A stretch of 64,000 nucleotides of DNA, taken from NCBI RefSeq assembly GCF_000006765.1, contig NC_002516.2; one strand, given 5' to 3'. The notes under the pieces are model-generated. The model did not search any database. It had not been told where the DNA came from and saw nothing but the letters and a program-made list of their open reading frames with translations. Numbering within the stretch: position 1 is the first letter of the stretch; the number at the start of each line of letters is the position of its first letter. Of the stretch, positions 31,497 to 44,782 are shown one piece after another. Source of the stretch: Pseudomonas aeruginosa PAO1. Lineage in GTDB: Bacteria; Pseudomonadota; Gammaproteobacteria; Pseudomonadales; Pseudomonadaceae. The translations under genes were made by a program, and so were the position numbers.

Positions 31497-32483
31497 TCAG
31501 CAGCGGCTGGCCGCCATCTGGTAGGCGGTTTCCAGGGCGACCTGCAGGCTGCCGCTATCGATGCGGCCGCTGCCGGCCAGGTCGAGCGCGGTACCGTGGT
31601 CGACAGAGGTGCGGATGATCGGCAGGCCGAGGGTCACGTTCACGGCGGCACCGAAGCCCTTGTACTTGAGCACGGGGAGACCCTGGTCGTGGTACATCGC
31701 CAGCACCGCGTCGCAATGCTCCAGGTGCTTGGGAGTGAACAGGGTGTCGGCCGGCAGCGGGCCGATCAGGTCGAGGCCTTCGCCACGCAGGCGCTCGAGG
31801 CAGGGTTCGATCACCTCGATCTCTTCCCGGCCCAGGTGACCGCCTTCGCCGGCGTGCGGGTTGAGTCCGCAGACCAGGATGCGCGGATGGGCGATGCCGA
31901 ACTTGTCGCGCAGGTCGGCGTGGAGGATGCGCGCGACCCGGGTCAGGCGCTCATCGCTAATGGCGTCGGCGACCTCGCGCAGCGGCAGGTGGGTGGTCGC
32001 CAGGGCCACGCGCAGGCCGCGGGTGGCCAGCATCATCACCACCTGGGCGGTGTGGGTGAGGTCGGCGAGGAATTCGGTATGGCCGGAAAAGGGGATGCCG
32101 GCTTCGTTGATCACGCCCTTGTGCACCGGTGCGGTGATCATCCCGGCGAAGTGCCCGTCGAGGCAGCCCTGGCCGGCGCGGGTCAGGGTTTCCAGGACGT
32201 AGGCGGCGTTGGCTCGGTCCAATTGCCCGGGCCGGACCGGGGCGGCCAGGGGCGTATCCCATACGTACAGTTGGCCGGCCTTGGCCGGTCGCTCTGGCCA
32301 GGCGGCCGGGGAAACGTCCTTAAGGTCGATCGCCAGGCCCAGTTGGCCGGCGCGCTCTTGCAGGAGCGTGCGGCTGGCGATGGCGATCAGGGGGTGGGGC
32401 TGGGCGGAGCGGGCGAGCAGCAGGCACAGATCGGGTCCGATACCTGCCGGCTCGCCGGGAGTGAGCGCGAAGCGCAGGCTCAC
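31497..32483 (-). CDS. pdxA: 4-hydroxythreonine-4-phosphate dehydrogenase
   Basis: [38 protein letters not shown]. Confidence 0.98.
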   Translation of the reverse strand: MSLRFALTPGEPAGIGPDLCLLLARSAQPHPLIAIASRTLLQERAGQLGLAIDLKDVSPAAWPERPAKAGQLYVWDTPLAAPVRPGQLDRANAAYVLETLTRAGQGCLDGHFAGMITAPVHKGVINEAGIPFSGHTEFLADLTHTAQVVMMLATRGLRVALATTHLPLREVADAISDERLTRVARILHADLRDKFGIAHPRILVCGLNPHAGEGGHLGREEIEVIEPCLERLRGEGLDLIGPLPADTLFTPKHLEHCDAVLAMYHDQGLPVLKYKGFGAAVNVTLGLPIIRTSVDHGTALDLAGSGRIDSGSLQVALETAYQMAASRC

Positions 32484-33772
32484 TGCTTGATTTCCACGTA
32501 GGCCTCGTCGCGGATCTGCCGCAGCCAGGCTTGCAGCTCCTCGTCGTACTTGCGGTTGCGCAGTACGCTTACCGCCTGCTGCTCGCGGAACTTCTCGCTG
32601 CTGTCGGTGGCGCGACGGCCGAGGACCTGCAGGATGTGCCAGCCGAACTGCGAGCGGAACGGCTTGGACAGCTCGCCCTGCGGGGTATCGTTCATCACCT
32701 GGCGGAACTCGGGCACCAGGGCTTCCGGATCGATCCAGTTCAGGTCGCCGCCGTTGAGGGCGGAACCCGGATCTTCGGAGAAGCTCTTCGCCAGTTCGCC
32801 GAAGTCTTCCCCGGACTGGATGCGCTCGTACAGCTTCTGCGCTAGCTTCTCGGTCTCCGCTTCGCTGCGGATTTCGCTGGGCTTGAGCAGGATATGGCGG
32901 ACATGCACTTCGTCACGGACCATCTTGCTGCCGCCGCGCTTCTCTTCCAGCTTGAGGATGATGAAGCCGCCGGGGGTGCGGACAGGCTCGGTGACGTCGC
33001 CGACGGCCAGGGAGCCGATCATGCTGTCGAACGGCTGCGGCAGCTGGGCGGCCTTGCGCCAGCCGATCTCGCCGCCTTCCAGGGCGTTGTCGCCGGCCGA
33101 GCGGGAAATCGCCAGTTGGCCGAAGTCGGCGCCCTGCTTGAGCTGCTGGTAGAGCTCCTGGGCCTGCCTTGCGGCGGCCTGGATCACGTCCGAGGACGCG
33201 GCTTCCGGCACCGGGATCAGGATATTGGCCAGGCGGTACTCTTCGGAAAGCTGGATCTTGCCCATGTCCGAGGCAAGGAAGTTCTTCACCTCCTGCTCGC
33301 TGACCTGGATGCGCTCGGCGACCCGGCGCTGGCGCACACGGCTGATCACCATCTCGCGACGGACCTGCTCGCGGGCGTCGGCGTAGGACAAGCCGTCGCG
33401 GGTGAGGGCGGTCTGGAACTGCTCCAGGCTCATGCCGTTGCGCTGGGCGATGGTGCCCATCGCCTGGTTCAGCTCCTCGTCGGAGATGCGGATGCCGGAG
33501 CGGTCGCCGATCTGCTGCTGGATGTTCTCGATGATCAGGCGTTCCAGCACCTGCTGGGTCAGCACGTGCTCGGGCGGCAGCGGCGCACCGCGCTTGAGCA
33601 GCGTCTGGTGCACTTCACGCAGGCGCTGGTCGAGCTGGCTCTGCATGATCACATCGTTGTCGACGATGGCGACGACCCGGTCCAGTGGTACCACTTCGGC
33701 ATGCGCGAAGGAGCAAAGGAGTGCTGCGCCCAATGCAAGGGGGCGCAGCCGGTTACATAGCTTGATCTTCAC
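32480..33772 (-). CDS. surA: Periplasmic chaperone/PPIase
   Basis: [13 protein letters not shown]-domain and two parvulin domains ([18 protein letters not shown]). Confidence 0.97.
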
Positions 33773-36527
33773 GTTGACGATAACCTTGGATGCCTTTGTC
33801 GAGGAACATTTCCGTCTTGTTGCCTACGATGCCGCCGAGGCCCTTCAGGACGATCTGCAGGAAGATGCCGCGGTCGGCCTTCTCGCTCTGCACGAGGAAG
33901 GCGTCATCGTCCACATCCAGCCAGTAGCGGTTGATCAGGCGCAGCTTCCAGCAGCAGCTGTCGTATTCGAAGCCGCCGAAGGCCTCGAGGGTGCGGTTCT
34001 TGTTGTAGTCGTACTGCCAGCGGGCGAGCACGGACCACTGCGGCACCAGCGGCCAGATGACCGAGAAATCGTGCTGCTTGATGATGTCGTTTTCGTTGCC
34101 ATATCGGAATGTGCCGCGGGAGGAATCAAAGCGCCGAGCATCTGCACGATAGCGATAGCCAACGTTGACCACCTTGCCCGGATCGACTTCGGGCTGGTAG
34201 TGGAAGATGGCGCTACCGGACTCAGTACGACTGGTGTTGGGGTTCCAATTGAAGTCGGAGTTGATGCGCCAGTCGCGGTTGAAACGGTACTGGCCGGCAA
34301 AGGCGTAGGGAGAGCGCCAGCTGTCATTGTCCAAGCCGCTGGGATCTAGGTTGAGTCGCTTCAGATCCTTCTCGGTTAGGCCTGGTAGTTGGACGCGACG
34401 ATCACGGAAGTAGTAAATCTGGCCGGCACTGATGCTGGCGCGTTCGAAACCGTTCTCTTCGATGAAACGACTGGTGACGCCCAGGGACAACTGGTTGGCA
34501 TCGCCGATACGATCCTTACCGGTAAAGCGGTTCTCGCGCCACAGAGAGTCGTAACTGAAGGACGGTTCACTGGTATCGAAGACCGGCAGGCTGTCTTGGT
34601 CCTTATATGGAACGTACAAGTACATGGCACGCGGCTCGAGAGTTTGGCGGAATGGTGTGCCGGCAAAGGTGGTGTCTCGGTCGAAATACAGGCCGCTGTC
34701 GACCTTAACCAAAGGGAGCGAACGGTCCTGATTGCTGTCAAAGGACTCATCTCTTTTATTCAGGTCGGTCTTGCCCTGGCTATCCAAGTCTAGATCGTAC
34801 TTTGTATACAAATATTTCAATGTGGGTGTCACATAACCCCAGCTGCGCGTCATTGGCAAACTCATGCCCGGCTCCAGATGCATACGGTCTCCCGTTGCTC
34901 GGGCAAGGCCTTGAAGTGACGCATCTGGGCGTTTGCCGCGGATGCTGCCGTCGTCATTGAAATAGATATTTTCGTCTAGATCTCGATCGAATCGAACGAA
35001 CTCGGTGCCATAGGTGAATTGCATTCCACCTGGGTTGTAGGGCAGGAAACCGTCGAAGGTAATCTGTGGCAGCCGGTCATACGGGGTTACATCGGTGGTG
35101 GTCGCCAACTGGTACGCCTGCGCATTCAAACGGCCAGTAAAGGTGTCCCCGCGATAGGTCAGAGTGCCCCGTTGGTTGACGTACGTAGTGCTGCCTACGC
35201 CAAGGTCAGTATCCAGATCCTGGAAGTAATAGGGATCACTGATCCGCGTGTAGTCGACCTCGGCCAGCCAGCGCGAATCGAGGCCGGTGGTGTTCTTGAG
35301 ACCGTACAGCCAGCGGTCCTTGCTGTAGTCCGGGAAACCTTCGCGGTGATCGTCCTTGTCGTTAAGGTAGGCAGCGTTGACGATACCTTCGCTGCTGTGG
35401 GTCAGGTAGCGGAACTCGCCTTCCAGCATCATGCCGCGCTTGGCCATGTAGCGCGGGTACAACGTGGCGTCGTAGTTCGGCGCCAGGTTGAAGTAGTACG
35501 GGGTGACCAGGGTGAAGCCGGTGTCGCTGGTGCTGCTGAAGCTCGGCGGCAGGAAACCGGACTGGCGGCGGTCGTCGATCGGGAAATAGATGTACGGGGT
35601 GTAGAACACCGGGAAATCTTTGACCCGCAGGGTCGCGTTGGTCGCGGTGCCGAAGCCGGTGGCCGGGTTCAGCTTGACGTTGTTGCCCTTCAGGGTCCAG
35701 GCGTTGCTGCTCGGTTCGCAGCGGGTGTAGGTGCCATCCTTGAGCATGATGATGGCGTTCTCGCTGCGCTTGGCGTAAAGCGCGCTGCCGCGGGCATGGG
35801 CCTTGTGGATCACGTACTCGGCGTTGTCGACCTGGGCCTCGCCGTTGTCCAGCTGGACCTGGGCGTGGTCGCCGACCACCAGCATGCCCTTGTCGCGCAG
35901 CTTGACGTTGCCGACCAGTTCGCCGCGGTTTTCCAGCTGGTGCAGGTTGGCCTCGTCGCCTTCCACCTGCATGCTTCCCTGGCGCAGGACCACGTCACCG
36001 GCGAGGGTGGCGATCTGTTTTTCCTGCTCGTAGCGCGAAGCCTTGGCGGATACGTAGGTCGGGCTCTCGTCGCTGGGCGCGCCGTCATCCATGCCCGGAC
36101 GCACCGGCTCGATGTAGGAGCCGCCGCAATAGGGGCCGATTTCCGCCAACTGGGCGGCGGTCAGTTTTTCCCGAGGAATCCAGTCGAGGTGCGAATAGTC
36201 CGCACTGCGGGATTTCAGCGCGCGACCGCCGGACTCGGTGACCAGGCGCTGGGTCGGCTCTGCCTCGACGGTTTCGCCTCCGCTGCCGGACACGCTGCTG
36301 CCCGCCGCGGCGGTGCTGACCGAGGTCGCGGTATGCGCCGGGCGCGGTGGCAGGTTGGCATTGGCGTTCTGCAGCGGGGAGCAATCCCAGCCGCCGGTGG
36401 CCGATACCTTGCAGTCGAACTGATCGGCGGCCTGTACAGTCAATGCTGCGACCGGCTGCAGAGCCAGCAGGCTGCCGGTGACCAGCAGGGGAAACTTTCT
36501 TCGAAACACGAGGGATTTCACTGCCAT
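33753..36527 (-). CDS. lptD: LPS-assembly outer membrane protein LptD/OstA, 924 aa
   Basis: Start [13 protein letters not shown]; OstA jellyroll, [27 protein letters not shown]; upstream of surA. Confidence 0.97.
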
Positions 36528-36653
36528 CTTGTTAATCCGGGCTTCCTGCGCGCCATCGGCCCGGTGGGCCGCACGCCTCTCGATGGGCTGAAAAAGATGC
36601 TGGATAATAAAGCATGACCTGCGCAACGGCTAGGGCCGTGGAGAACCCCGTAA

Positions 36654-38341
<1,688 letters not shown>

Positions 38342-38342
38342 G

Positions 38343-39101
38343 ATGCTCTGGCCCGCTACGCTGATCGGAGCCGGAGCCGGCTGGGCCCTGGCCAGCATCC
38401 CCGGCGCCCTGCTCGGCGGCCTGCTGGGGCAACTGCTGGACCGCAGGTTGCGCCTGGAGTCCTGGCGCGGCCTGCTGGCGCGCTTGCGCGGGCGGGCGGT
38501 GAACGATGAGGACGACCTGCTGTTTCAGTTGCTCGGCTATCTGGCCAAGAGCGGCGGGCGGGTGGAGGAGATGCATATCCGCCAGGCGCGCGAGGAGATG
38601 GCGTTGCGCAAGCTCGATAGGCGAGCCCAGCGGCGTGCCATCGCGTCCTTCGGCAAGGGCAAGGCCGGCATCGCCCATCTGCAGGCGGAGGTCGCGCGTC
38701 TGAAGGGCGAACGTGCGGAGGCAGTATTGCTCGCCTGCTGGCGGATGGCCTGGGCTGGCGGCGTGCTCAGCCAGTCGGCGCGACAACTGGTGTTGCAATG
38801 GGGGCGCTGGCTGGGTTGGTCGGCGGAGCGAACGGAACGCTTGTCGGCGCGGGTCATGCCGAAGCGGACGCGCGCTGTCGCCCGGGATAGCTACCGTGAG
38901 GCCCTGCTGCTGCTCGGCGTGGAGGCCGGAAGCGAGCCGGCGCTGATCAAACGCGCCTATCGCAAGCTGATCAGCCAGCATCATCCGGACAAACTGGCGG
39001 GAGCCGGCGCCAGCGTCGAGCGCGTGCGTGCGGCTACCGAGAAAACCCGTGAATTGCAGGCGGCCTACGCCCTGGTCCGAGAGCGTGAGGGGTTCCGCTG
39101 A
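38343..39101 (+). CDS. djlA: DjlA-like co-chaperone (TM, TerB-like, C-terminal J domain)
   Basis: MLWPATLIGAG TM start; IKRAYRKLISQHHPDKL J-domain HPD. Confidence 0.88.
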   Translation: MLWPATLIGAGAGWALASIPGALLGGLLGQLLDRRLRLESWRGLLARLRGRAVNDEDDLLFQLLGYLAKSGGRVEEMHIRQAREEMALRKLDRRAQRRAIASFGKGKAGIAHLQAEVARLKGERAEAVLLACWRMAWAGGVLSQSARQLVLQWGRWLGWSAERTERLSARVMPKRTRAVARDSYREALLLLGVEAGSEPALIKRAYRKLISQHHPDKLAGAGASVERVRAATEKTRELQAAYALVREREGFR

Positions 39102-40163
39102 TCACTCCGCAGGTTTCTGCGCATCGGCCTGCAGGTGAAGACTGAGCCAGCCGCGGATTCGTCGGTACAGTTGCTCCTGCTCCGCCTTGGGGTCGGCCGG
39201 TAGCGCCTGCATCGCGATTTGTACGTAGGCTGGGTGTTTCTGCCGCTTGCCGGCCTGCATGCGCAGCCTGGCCGCCTCGCGGTCGGCGCGGGCGTCGCGG
39301 TAATAGAAGTCGCCGGTCGCCAGTTTCAGCTTCGGCACCATATCTTCCAGCGCCGGGCGAAAATCGCGCGGTACCTCCGCGGCAACCAGCAGCAGGTTGT
39401 GGATTTCCGCAGGCTCCTTCTCCGCCAGGTAGCGTGCCGCCCAATAGGCGCCCGTGCCATGACCGAGCAGGACGACGCTTTTCGGTTCGTGCTGCAGGGC
39501 CAGGTCGATGCTCGCCTGCAGGCGCGCCATGACCCGTTCGGCGTGCGCCTTGCGCTGCTCGACCGGATCGATGGCTGGGGGAGGGGCCTGGTCCTCGCTC
39601 TGCGCCGGTTCGCCGCTGCCGGCTTCGGCGGTGCTTTCCGGCGCCGGCGCGTTGCCGCTTTCGCCTTTCACGTCAGGCTTGCTTGCGCTGTCCGCGGCGC
39701 TGGCGTCCTTGTCGGCGCTGGCGCTGGCGGCGGATTCCGCAGGGCGGGTAACCGGCGCGGTGCTCTGCGGGTCGGGCAGGGCCAGGCTCAGGGTCTGCCA
39801 GCCGGCATCCGGCAGTTTGCGCCTTAGCGGGCCGATGGCTTGCGGCCAGTCCGGACTTTCGCCATCACCGGGAACCAGGATCACTACACCTTCGGCCTCG
39901 GCGGTGTTGGCTGGCAACCAGAGGGTGAGGAAGCTTTCGTCGCCGGCCTTGAGGATCTGCTGGCCGTCCTCCGGCAACTGGCGCTCCAGCCCCTTGGCCT
40001 CGTCCTGGCTGCGCTCGCTGACCGCCGGGCGTTCCACGGGGGCCTGCGGCTGGTCCTTGGCGGCCTCCTCTTCGGCATGAACGAAAGCCGGCGGCAGGAA
40101 AGCGGCGGCCAATAGCAGCGGCAGCAGGGCGGAGGGCTTCGGCAGTAGAGAGAAGGCCGGCAT
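39102..40163 (-). CDS. DUF3530-like exported alpha/beta-hydrolase-fold protein (PA0599-like)
   Basis: Signal peptide; GWQTLSLALP; Ala/Ser/Pro-rich insert; LLGHGTGA elbow; its stop abuts the djlA stop. Confidence 0.8.
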   Translation of the reverse strand: MPAFSLLPKPSALLPLLLAAAFLPPAFVHAEEEAAKDQPQAPVERPAVSERSQDEAKGLERQLPEDGQQILKAGDESFLTLWLPANTAEAEGVVILVPGDGESPDWPQAIGPLRRKLPDAGWQTLSLALPDPQSTAPVTRPAESAASASADKDASAADSASKPDVKGESGNAPAPESTAEAGSGEPAQSEDQAPPPAIDPVEQRKAHAERVMARLQASIDLALQHEPKSVVLLGHGTGAYWAARYLAEKEPAEIHNLLLVAAEVPRDFRPALEDMVPKLKLATGDFYYRDARADREAARLRMQAGKRQKHPAYVQIAMQALPADPKAEQEQLYRRIRGWLSLHLQADAQKPAE

Positions 40164-40314
40164 TGGAAATTCCTGATAGACAATCCAGAAGGCAGCCTAA
40201 ACCCAGAGCACTTCTTTGTCAGGCCGAGCCTTCGCATGGTTCGCCGGTCGCGCTCGCGGTAAGGTATGCCCGCTTTTCCTTCCGTTGCGGTGTATTCCGT
40301 GGAGTGTCGCCGGC

Positions 40315-42708
40315 ATGTTGCGTCGTTGCTGTCTGCTCTTCTTCTGTCTGCTGTTGAGCCTGCCCGTGCGAGCGGAGGAGTCGGTCGCCTTGCCGCTGAC
40401 GGCGGAGCTACGGACCTGGCTGGCGGAGCATCGGGAATTGCGCGTCGGGGTGGTCACCGAAGCGCCCTATGCCCAGTACGACCGCCGCCTGCAACAGTAT
40501 TCCGGGGCCAACGTGGAGCTGATGGGCTGGCTGGCCACGGCAATGCAGGTGACCTTGCGGTGGCAGGGCTATCCCGACCAGGCGGCGCTCGACGATGCCC
40601 TGCGCGCTGGGCGCGTGGATATCGCTCCCGGCCTCAGCCAGACCCCAGCCGGGCTGCGCTTGTGGCTGTTCTCCGATCCCTACCTGCGGGTTTCCCGGCT
40701 GGTGGTGGGGAAGCGCGATGGCAGCGGCAGCGTCGAATTGGAGCAACTGGAGCGCGATACCCGGGTTGCCGTGCGGGCCGGCAGTTCGGTAGCCGACTAC
40801 CTCAGCAGCACCTATAGCGGCCTGCAATGGGTGTCGGCCGATTCCGAACGCGAGGTGCTGCGCGCCGTGCTCGCCGGACAGGCACGCTACGCGGTGATCG
40901 ACGAAGCGCAACTCAGCCGCCTGACCCGCGAACCGGAGTTCGCCGAGCTAGCGGTGGTTGGCGATATCGGCTACCCGCAGCTGCTACGGGTGGCGACCCG
41001 TCGCGACTGGCCGGAACTGGCGATGGTGGTCGACCAGGCGTTGCGCTCGCTGCCGCGCAAGTCCCTGGACCAGTTGCACGAGCGCTGGTTGCAACCCAAG
41101 TATCCGCGCCTCGGCGAGTCGCCGGGGTTCTGGCAGAACCTGTCGATCCTCCTCGGCCTGCTGCTGGCCGGCGCGCTGGTGGCGGTGTTCCTCCAGCGGC
41201 GCCAGCAGCATGCGCTGGAAGCCCGGCTGTACGGCGCCCGCCGCGACCTGGAGCTGCGCCAGGCGGCCGAGGAGGCGCTGCGCCTGACCCAGTTCTCCAT
41301 CGACAACAGCACCCTGGGCATCCTCTGGGTCAACTGGGACAGCCGCGTACGCTACGCCAACCGCGCCGCCGAACAGATGCTCGGCCATGCCGACGGCCAA
41401 CTCGTGGACCGTCCGCTGGCCGACTTCGAGCCCGGCCTGGACATGGACCGCTGGTTGAATCTTTGGCGTCGTGCGCGCAATAGCGAGGAGGGCCCGCTCA
41501 GCTTCGAGACCCGCTGCCTGCGCGCCGACGGCAGTTGGCTGCCGGCCGACGTCTCGCTTAGCTTCCTGCGCTTCGGCACGTCCGAGTATCTGGTGGTGTT
41601 CCTCAGCGACGTCACCGAGCGCCGCCGTGCCCGCGAGGCATTGCAGGAAAGCGAGGCGCGGATGAAGGGCATCGCCTCCAACGTGCCGGGCATGGTCTTC
41701 CGCCTGGAGCGCCCGCGGGCCGGCGCGTTTTCCGACTTCGCCTATATCAGCGAGGGCAGCGAGGCGCTGGTCGGCTACAGCGCTCGCGAACTGATCGAAA
41801 GCGGCCGCGGCATTCGTGGCCTGGTCCATCCCGACGACCGCGAGCGCTACTGGTCGAGCCAGATGGCTGCCCTCGACGAGAATCGCGACTGGCATTGGCA
41901 GGGCCGCATCCTCACCCGCCAGGGCGAATTGCGCTGGGCCGACATCAAGGCTTCGGCGCGCTGTTTCGAGGATGGTCGTGCGGTCTGGGACGGGGTGGTC
42001 TGGGACATCACCGCGAACAAGCAGATCGAACTCGAACTCGGCGAGTCGCGCGCCCAGCTCCGCGAGCTGTCGGCGCACCTGGAGTCGGTGCGGGAGGAGG
42101 AGAAGGCGCGTATCGCCCGCGAGGTCCATGATGAGCTGGGCCAGGTGCTGACGGTGCTGAAGCTGGAAACCTCGATGTGCGAGCTGGCCTATGCCGATGC
42201 CCAGGAGGGCCTGCGCGAACGCCTGGGCAACATGAAAAAGCTGATCGCCCAGTTGTTCCAGCTGGTGCGCGACGTGGCTACCGCACTGCGCCCGCCGATC
42301 CTCGACGCCGGAATCGGCTCGGCGGTGGAGTGGCAGGCGCGGCGCTTCGAGGCGCGCACGCAGATTCCCTGCCTGGTGGAGGTGCCGGAGAACTCGCCGC
42401 AGTTGGTCGACGCCAAGGCTATCGGCCTGTTCCGCATCCTCCAGGAGGCGTTGACCAATGTCATGCGGCATGCCGAGGCGCATACTGTGCAACTGCGTCT
42501 GCTGCGCGAGGGCGACGAGCTGTGCCTGAGCGTCAGCGACGACGGTCGCGGGTTCGATGTTGCCACGGTGGGGCGTGGCAGTTCCTTCGGCCTGGTCGGC
42601 ATGCGCGAGCGGGTGCTGATGATGGGCGGTACGCTGGACATCGACAGTGCCCCCGGCGAGGGCACCACGCTCAGCGTGAGGATTCCGCTGGGCGTCGCGG
42701 GCCCGTGA
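40315..42708 (+). CDS. agtS: Sensor histidine kinase (PBP-TM-PAS-PAS-HisKA_3-HATPase)
   Basis: RIAREVHDELGQ H-box, QEALTNV..HA, DDGRGF, FGLVGMRER; 797 aa. Confidence 0.9.
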   Translation: MLRRCCLLFFCLLLSLPVRAEESVALPLTAELRTWLAEHRELRVGVVTEAPYAQYDRRLQQYSGANVELMGWLATAMQVTLRWQGYPDQAALDDALRAGRVDIAPGLSQTPAGLRLWLFSDPYLRVSRLVVGKRDGSGSVELEQLERDTRVAVRAGSSVADYLSSTYSGLQWVSADSEREVLRAVLAGQARYAVIDEAQLSRLTREPEFAELAVVGDIGYPQLLRVATRRDWPELAMVVDQALRSLPRKSLDQLHERWLQPKYPRLGESPGFWQNLSILLGLLLAGALVAVFLQRRQQHALEARLYGARRDLELRQAAEEALRLTQFSIDNSTLGILWVNWDSRVRYANRAAEQMLGHADGQLVDRPLADFEPGLDMDRWLNLWRRARNSEEGPLSFETRCLRADGSWLPADVSLSFLRFGTSEYLVVFLSDVTERRRAREALQESEARMKGIASNVPGMVFRLERPRAGAFSDFAYISEGSEALVGYSARELIESGRGIRGLVHPDDRERYWSSQMAALDENRDWHWQGRILTRQGELRWADIKASARCFEDGRAVWDGVVWDITANKQIELELGESRAQLRELSAHLESVREEEKARIAREVHDELGQVLTVLKLETSMCELAYADAQEGLRERLGNMKKLIAQLFQLVRDVATALRPPILDAGIGSAVEWQARRFEARTQIPCLVEVPENSPQLVDAKAIGLFRILQEALTNVMRHAEAHTVQLRLLREGDELCLSVSDDGRGFDVATVGRGSSFGLVGMRERVLMMGGTLDIDSAPGEGTTLSVRIPLGVAGP

Positions 42709-42753
42709 CAAGAACAACCGCCGACAAGGCGGAACAGCGTGAGGCAGCAAAGA

Positions 42754-43386
42754 GTGGTGATCCGAGTCCTGGTCGCTGAAGACCACACGATTGTCAGGGA
42801 AGGCATCAAGCAACTGATTGGCATGGCCAAGGACCTGCAGGTGGTCGGCGAGGCCACAAATGGCGAGCAGTTGCTGGAAACCCTGCGCGGAACGCCTTGC
42901 GAGGTGGTCCTGCTGGATATCTCCATGCCCGGCGTCAATGGCCTCGAGGCGATTCCGCGGATTCGCGCGCTGAACGAGCCGCCGGCGATCCTGGTGCTGT
43001 CGATGCACGACGAGGCGCAGATGGCCGCCCGCGCCCTGAAGATAGGTGCTGCCGGCTATGCCACCAAGGACAGCGATCCGGCATTGCTGCTCACCGCGAT
43101 CCGCAGGGTCGCCGGCGGCGGACGCTACATCGACCCGGACCTTGCCGATCGGATGGTCTTCGAGGTCGGCCTGACCGATTCGCGTCCGCCCCATGCGCTG
43201 CTTTCCGAGCGCGAGTTCTCGGTGTTCGAGCGGCTGGTGCAGGGCGCCAACGTCAACGAGATCGCCCAACAACTGGCGGTCAGCAACAAGACCATCAGTA
43301 CCCACAAGGCACGCCTGATGCAGAAGCTCAACGCGCATTCGGTAGCCGACCTGGTGCGCTACGCGATGGAGCACCGCCTGCTCTGA
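42754..43386 (+). CDS. agtR: NarL/LuxR-type response regulator
   Basis: VAEDH, LLDISMPG, GYATK, LSEREF...ISTHKARLMQKL; GTG start at 42754 or 42757. Confidence 0.9.
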   Translation: MVIRVLVAEDHTIVREGIKQLIGMAKDLQVVGEATNGEQLLETLRGTPCEVVLLDISMPGVNGLEAIPRIRALNEPPAILVLSMHDEAQMAARALKIGAAGYATKDSDPALLLTAIRRVAGGGRYIDPDLADRMVFEVGLTDSRPPHALLSEREFSVFERLVQGANVNEIAQQLAVSNKTISTHKARLMQKLNAHSVADLVRYAMEHRLL

Positions 43387-43514
43387 CAGGGGCGTTCGCC
43401 CAGGTTTTGCTCGCGGCTTGTGCGCCAGGTCCGGTTTTCGCGATCTGCTGTCTACCTGGCTTCCGCGCGGCAGGGAATGATGCTTGCCGGCCAACACGAT
43501 AAGGAGAAGAAACG

Positions 43515-44549
43515 ATGTTGCCAGCCATGAGGACGGGCCTGTTGTGCGCCCTTCTCGGAGTTACCGCGCCCGCCTGGGCGGAATACGTGACCGTGATTTC
43601 CTTCGGCGGCGCCAACAAGGAAGCCCAGGAAACCGCGTTCTACAAACCCTTCAAGAGCGCCACCGGCAATCGCGTGGTGCATGGCTCCTACAATGGCGAC
43701 CTGGCCAAGCTCAAGCGCATGGTGGAGATCAGCCACGTCTCCTGGGACGTGGTGGAAGTCGAGGCGCCGGAGCTGGCGCGCGGTTGCGAGGAAGGTCTGT
43801 TCGAGAAGCTGGACATGGCGAAGGTCGGCGATCCCGCGGATTTCGTTCCCGGCGCGGTGCAGCCCTGCGGAGTCGGCATCTTCGTCTGGACCACGCTGCT
43901 TGCCTACAACCCCGGCAAGGTTGCGGGCAGCCCGCAGGGCTGGGCGGATTTCTGGGACGTGAAGAAGTTTCCCGGCAAGCGCGGCCTGCGCTGGGGCGCC
44001 AAGTACAGCCTGGAGTTCGCCCTGATGGCCGATGGCGTGGCGCCGAAGGACGTCTACCAGACGCTGGCGACGCCCGCCGGCGTCGAGCGGGCATTCCGCA
44101 AGCTCGACGAGCTGAAGCCCTATATCCATTGGTGGAAGTCCGGGCAGGACCCTGTGCGCGACCTGGCCGATGGCACGGTGGTGATGAGTTCGGCCTACAA
44201 CGGGCGGATCGCCGCGGCGCAGGCCGAGAAGCAGCGCCTGGCAATGGTCTGGAGCGGCGGCGTCTACGATTTCGACTTCTGGGCGCTGCCGGTCGGGGTT
44301 TGGAAGAAGCAGTTGGCCGAGGAGTTCATCCGTTTCGCCAGCCAGCCGGAGCAGCAGAAGGCTTTCGCCGAGAACATCGCCTACGGCCCGGCCAACCGCA
44401 AGGCGGTAGGCCTGCTCGATCCGCAAGTGGCTGCCAACCTGCCGACCGCGCCGCAGAACATGCAGAACGCGGTGGGTATGAACGTGGCCTTCTGGGCGGA
44501 GCACGGCGAGGCCCTGGAGCAGCGTTTCCAGAACTGGGCCAAGCGCTGA
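43515..44549 (+). CDS. Polyamine/GABA-type ABC substrate-binding protein (PA0602-like), paralog of AgtB
   Basis: AAGGAG RBS; signal peptide; SFGG, WDVVEVE, WADFWDVKKFPGKRGLR. Confidence 0.9.
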   Translation: MLPAMRTGLLCALLGVTAPAWAEYVTVISFGGANKEAQETAFYKPFKSATGNRVVHGSYNGDLAKLKRMVEISHVSWDVVEVEAPELARGCEEGLFEKLDMAKVGDPADFVPGAVQPCGVGIFVWTTLLAYNPGKVAGSPQGWADFWDVKKFPGKRGLRWGAKYSLEFALMADGVAPKDVYQTLATPAGVERAFRKLDELKPYIHWWKSGQDPVRDLADGTVVMSSAYNGRIAAAQAEKQRLAMVWSGGVYDFDFWALPVGVWKKQLAEEFIRFASQPEQQKAFAENIAYGPANRKAVGLLDPQVAANLPTAPQNMQNAVGMNVAFWAEHGEALEQRFQNWAKR

Positions 44550-44557
44550 GGAGGCCG

Positions 44558-44595
44558 TTGCGCGCCAGCCGGAGAGCGCTGGCGCGCAAACCTTT
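44558..44595 (+). terminator. Hairpin after PA0602-like gene
   Basis: TTGCGCGCCAGC-8 nt-GCTGGCGCGCAA perfect 12-bp stem, then ACCTTT. Confidence 0.6.
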
Positions 44596-44782
44596 GCTCT
44601 TCTCGAAAGCTCCTTCCCAGAGCGGTTCGGCCCATTCCGGGATGCATCTTTTTTGTAGGGCGATTCCTACAAAGAGCTTTCCTTTCCCCTGATAGAAAAC
44701 TCTCTTGCCGGCCGATTTGCGTCCTGCGCCGGGTTCTCTAGGCTGTTCGCACAGCATCCATAAAACGAACAAAGGTGCGGTT

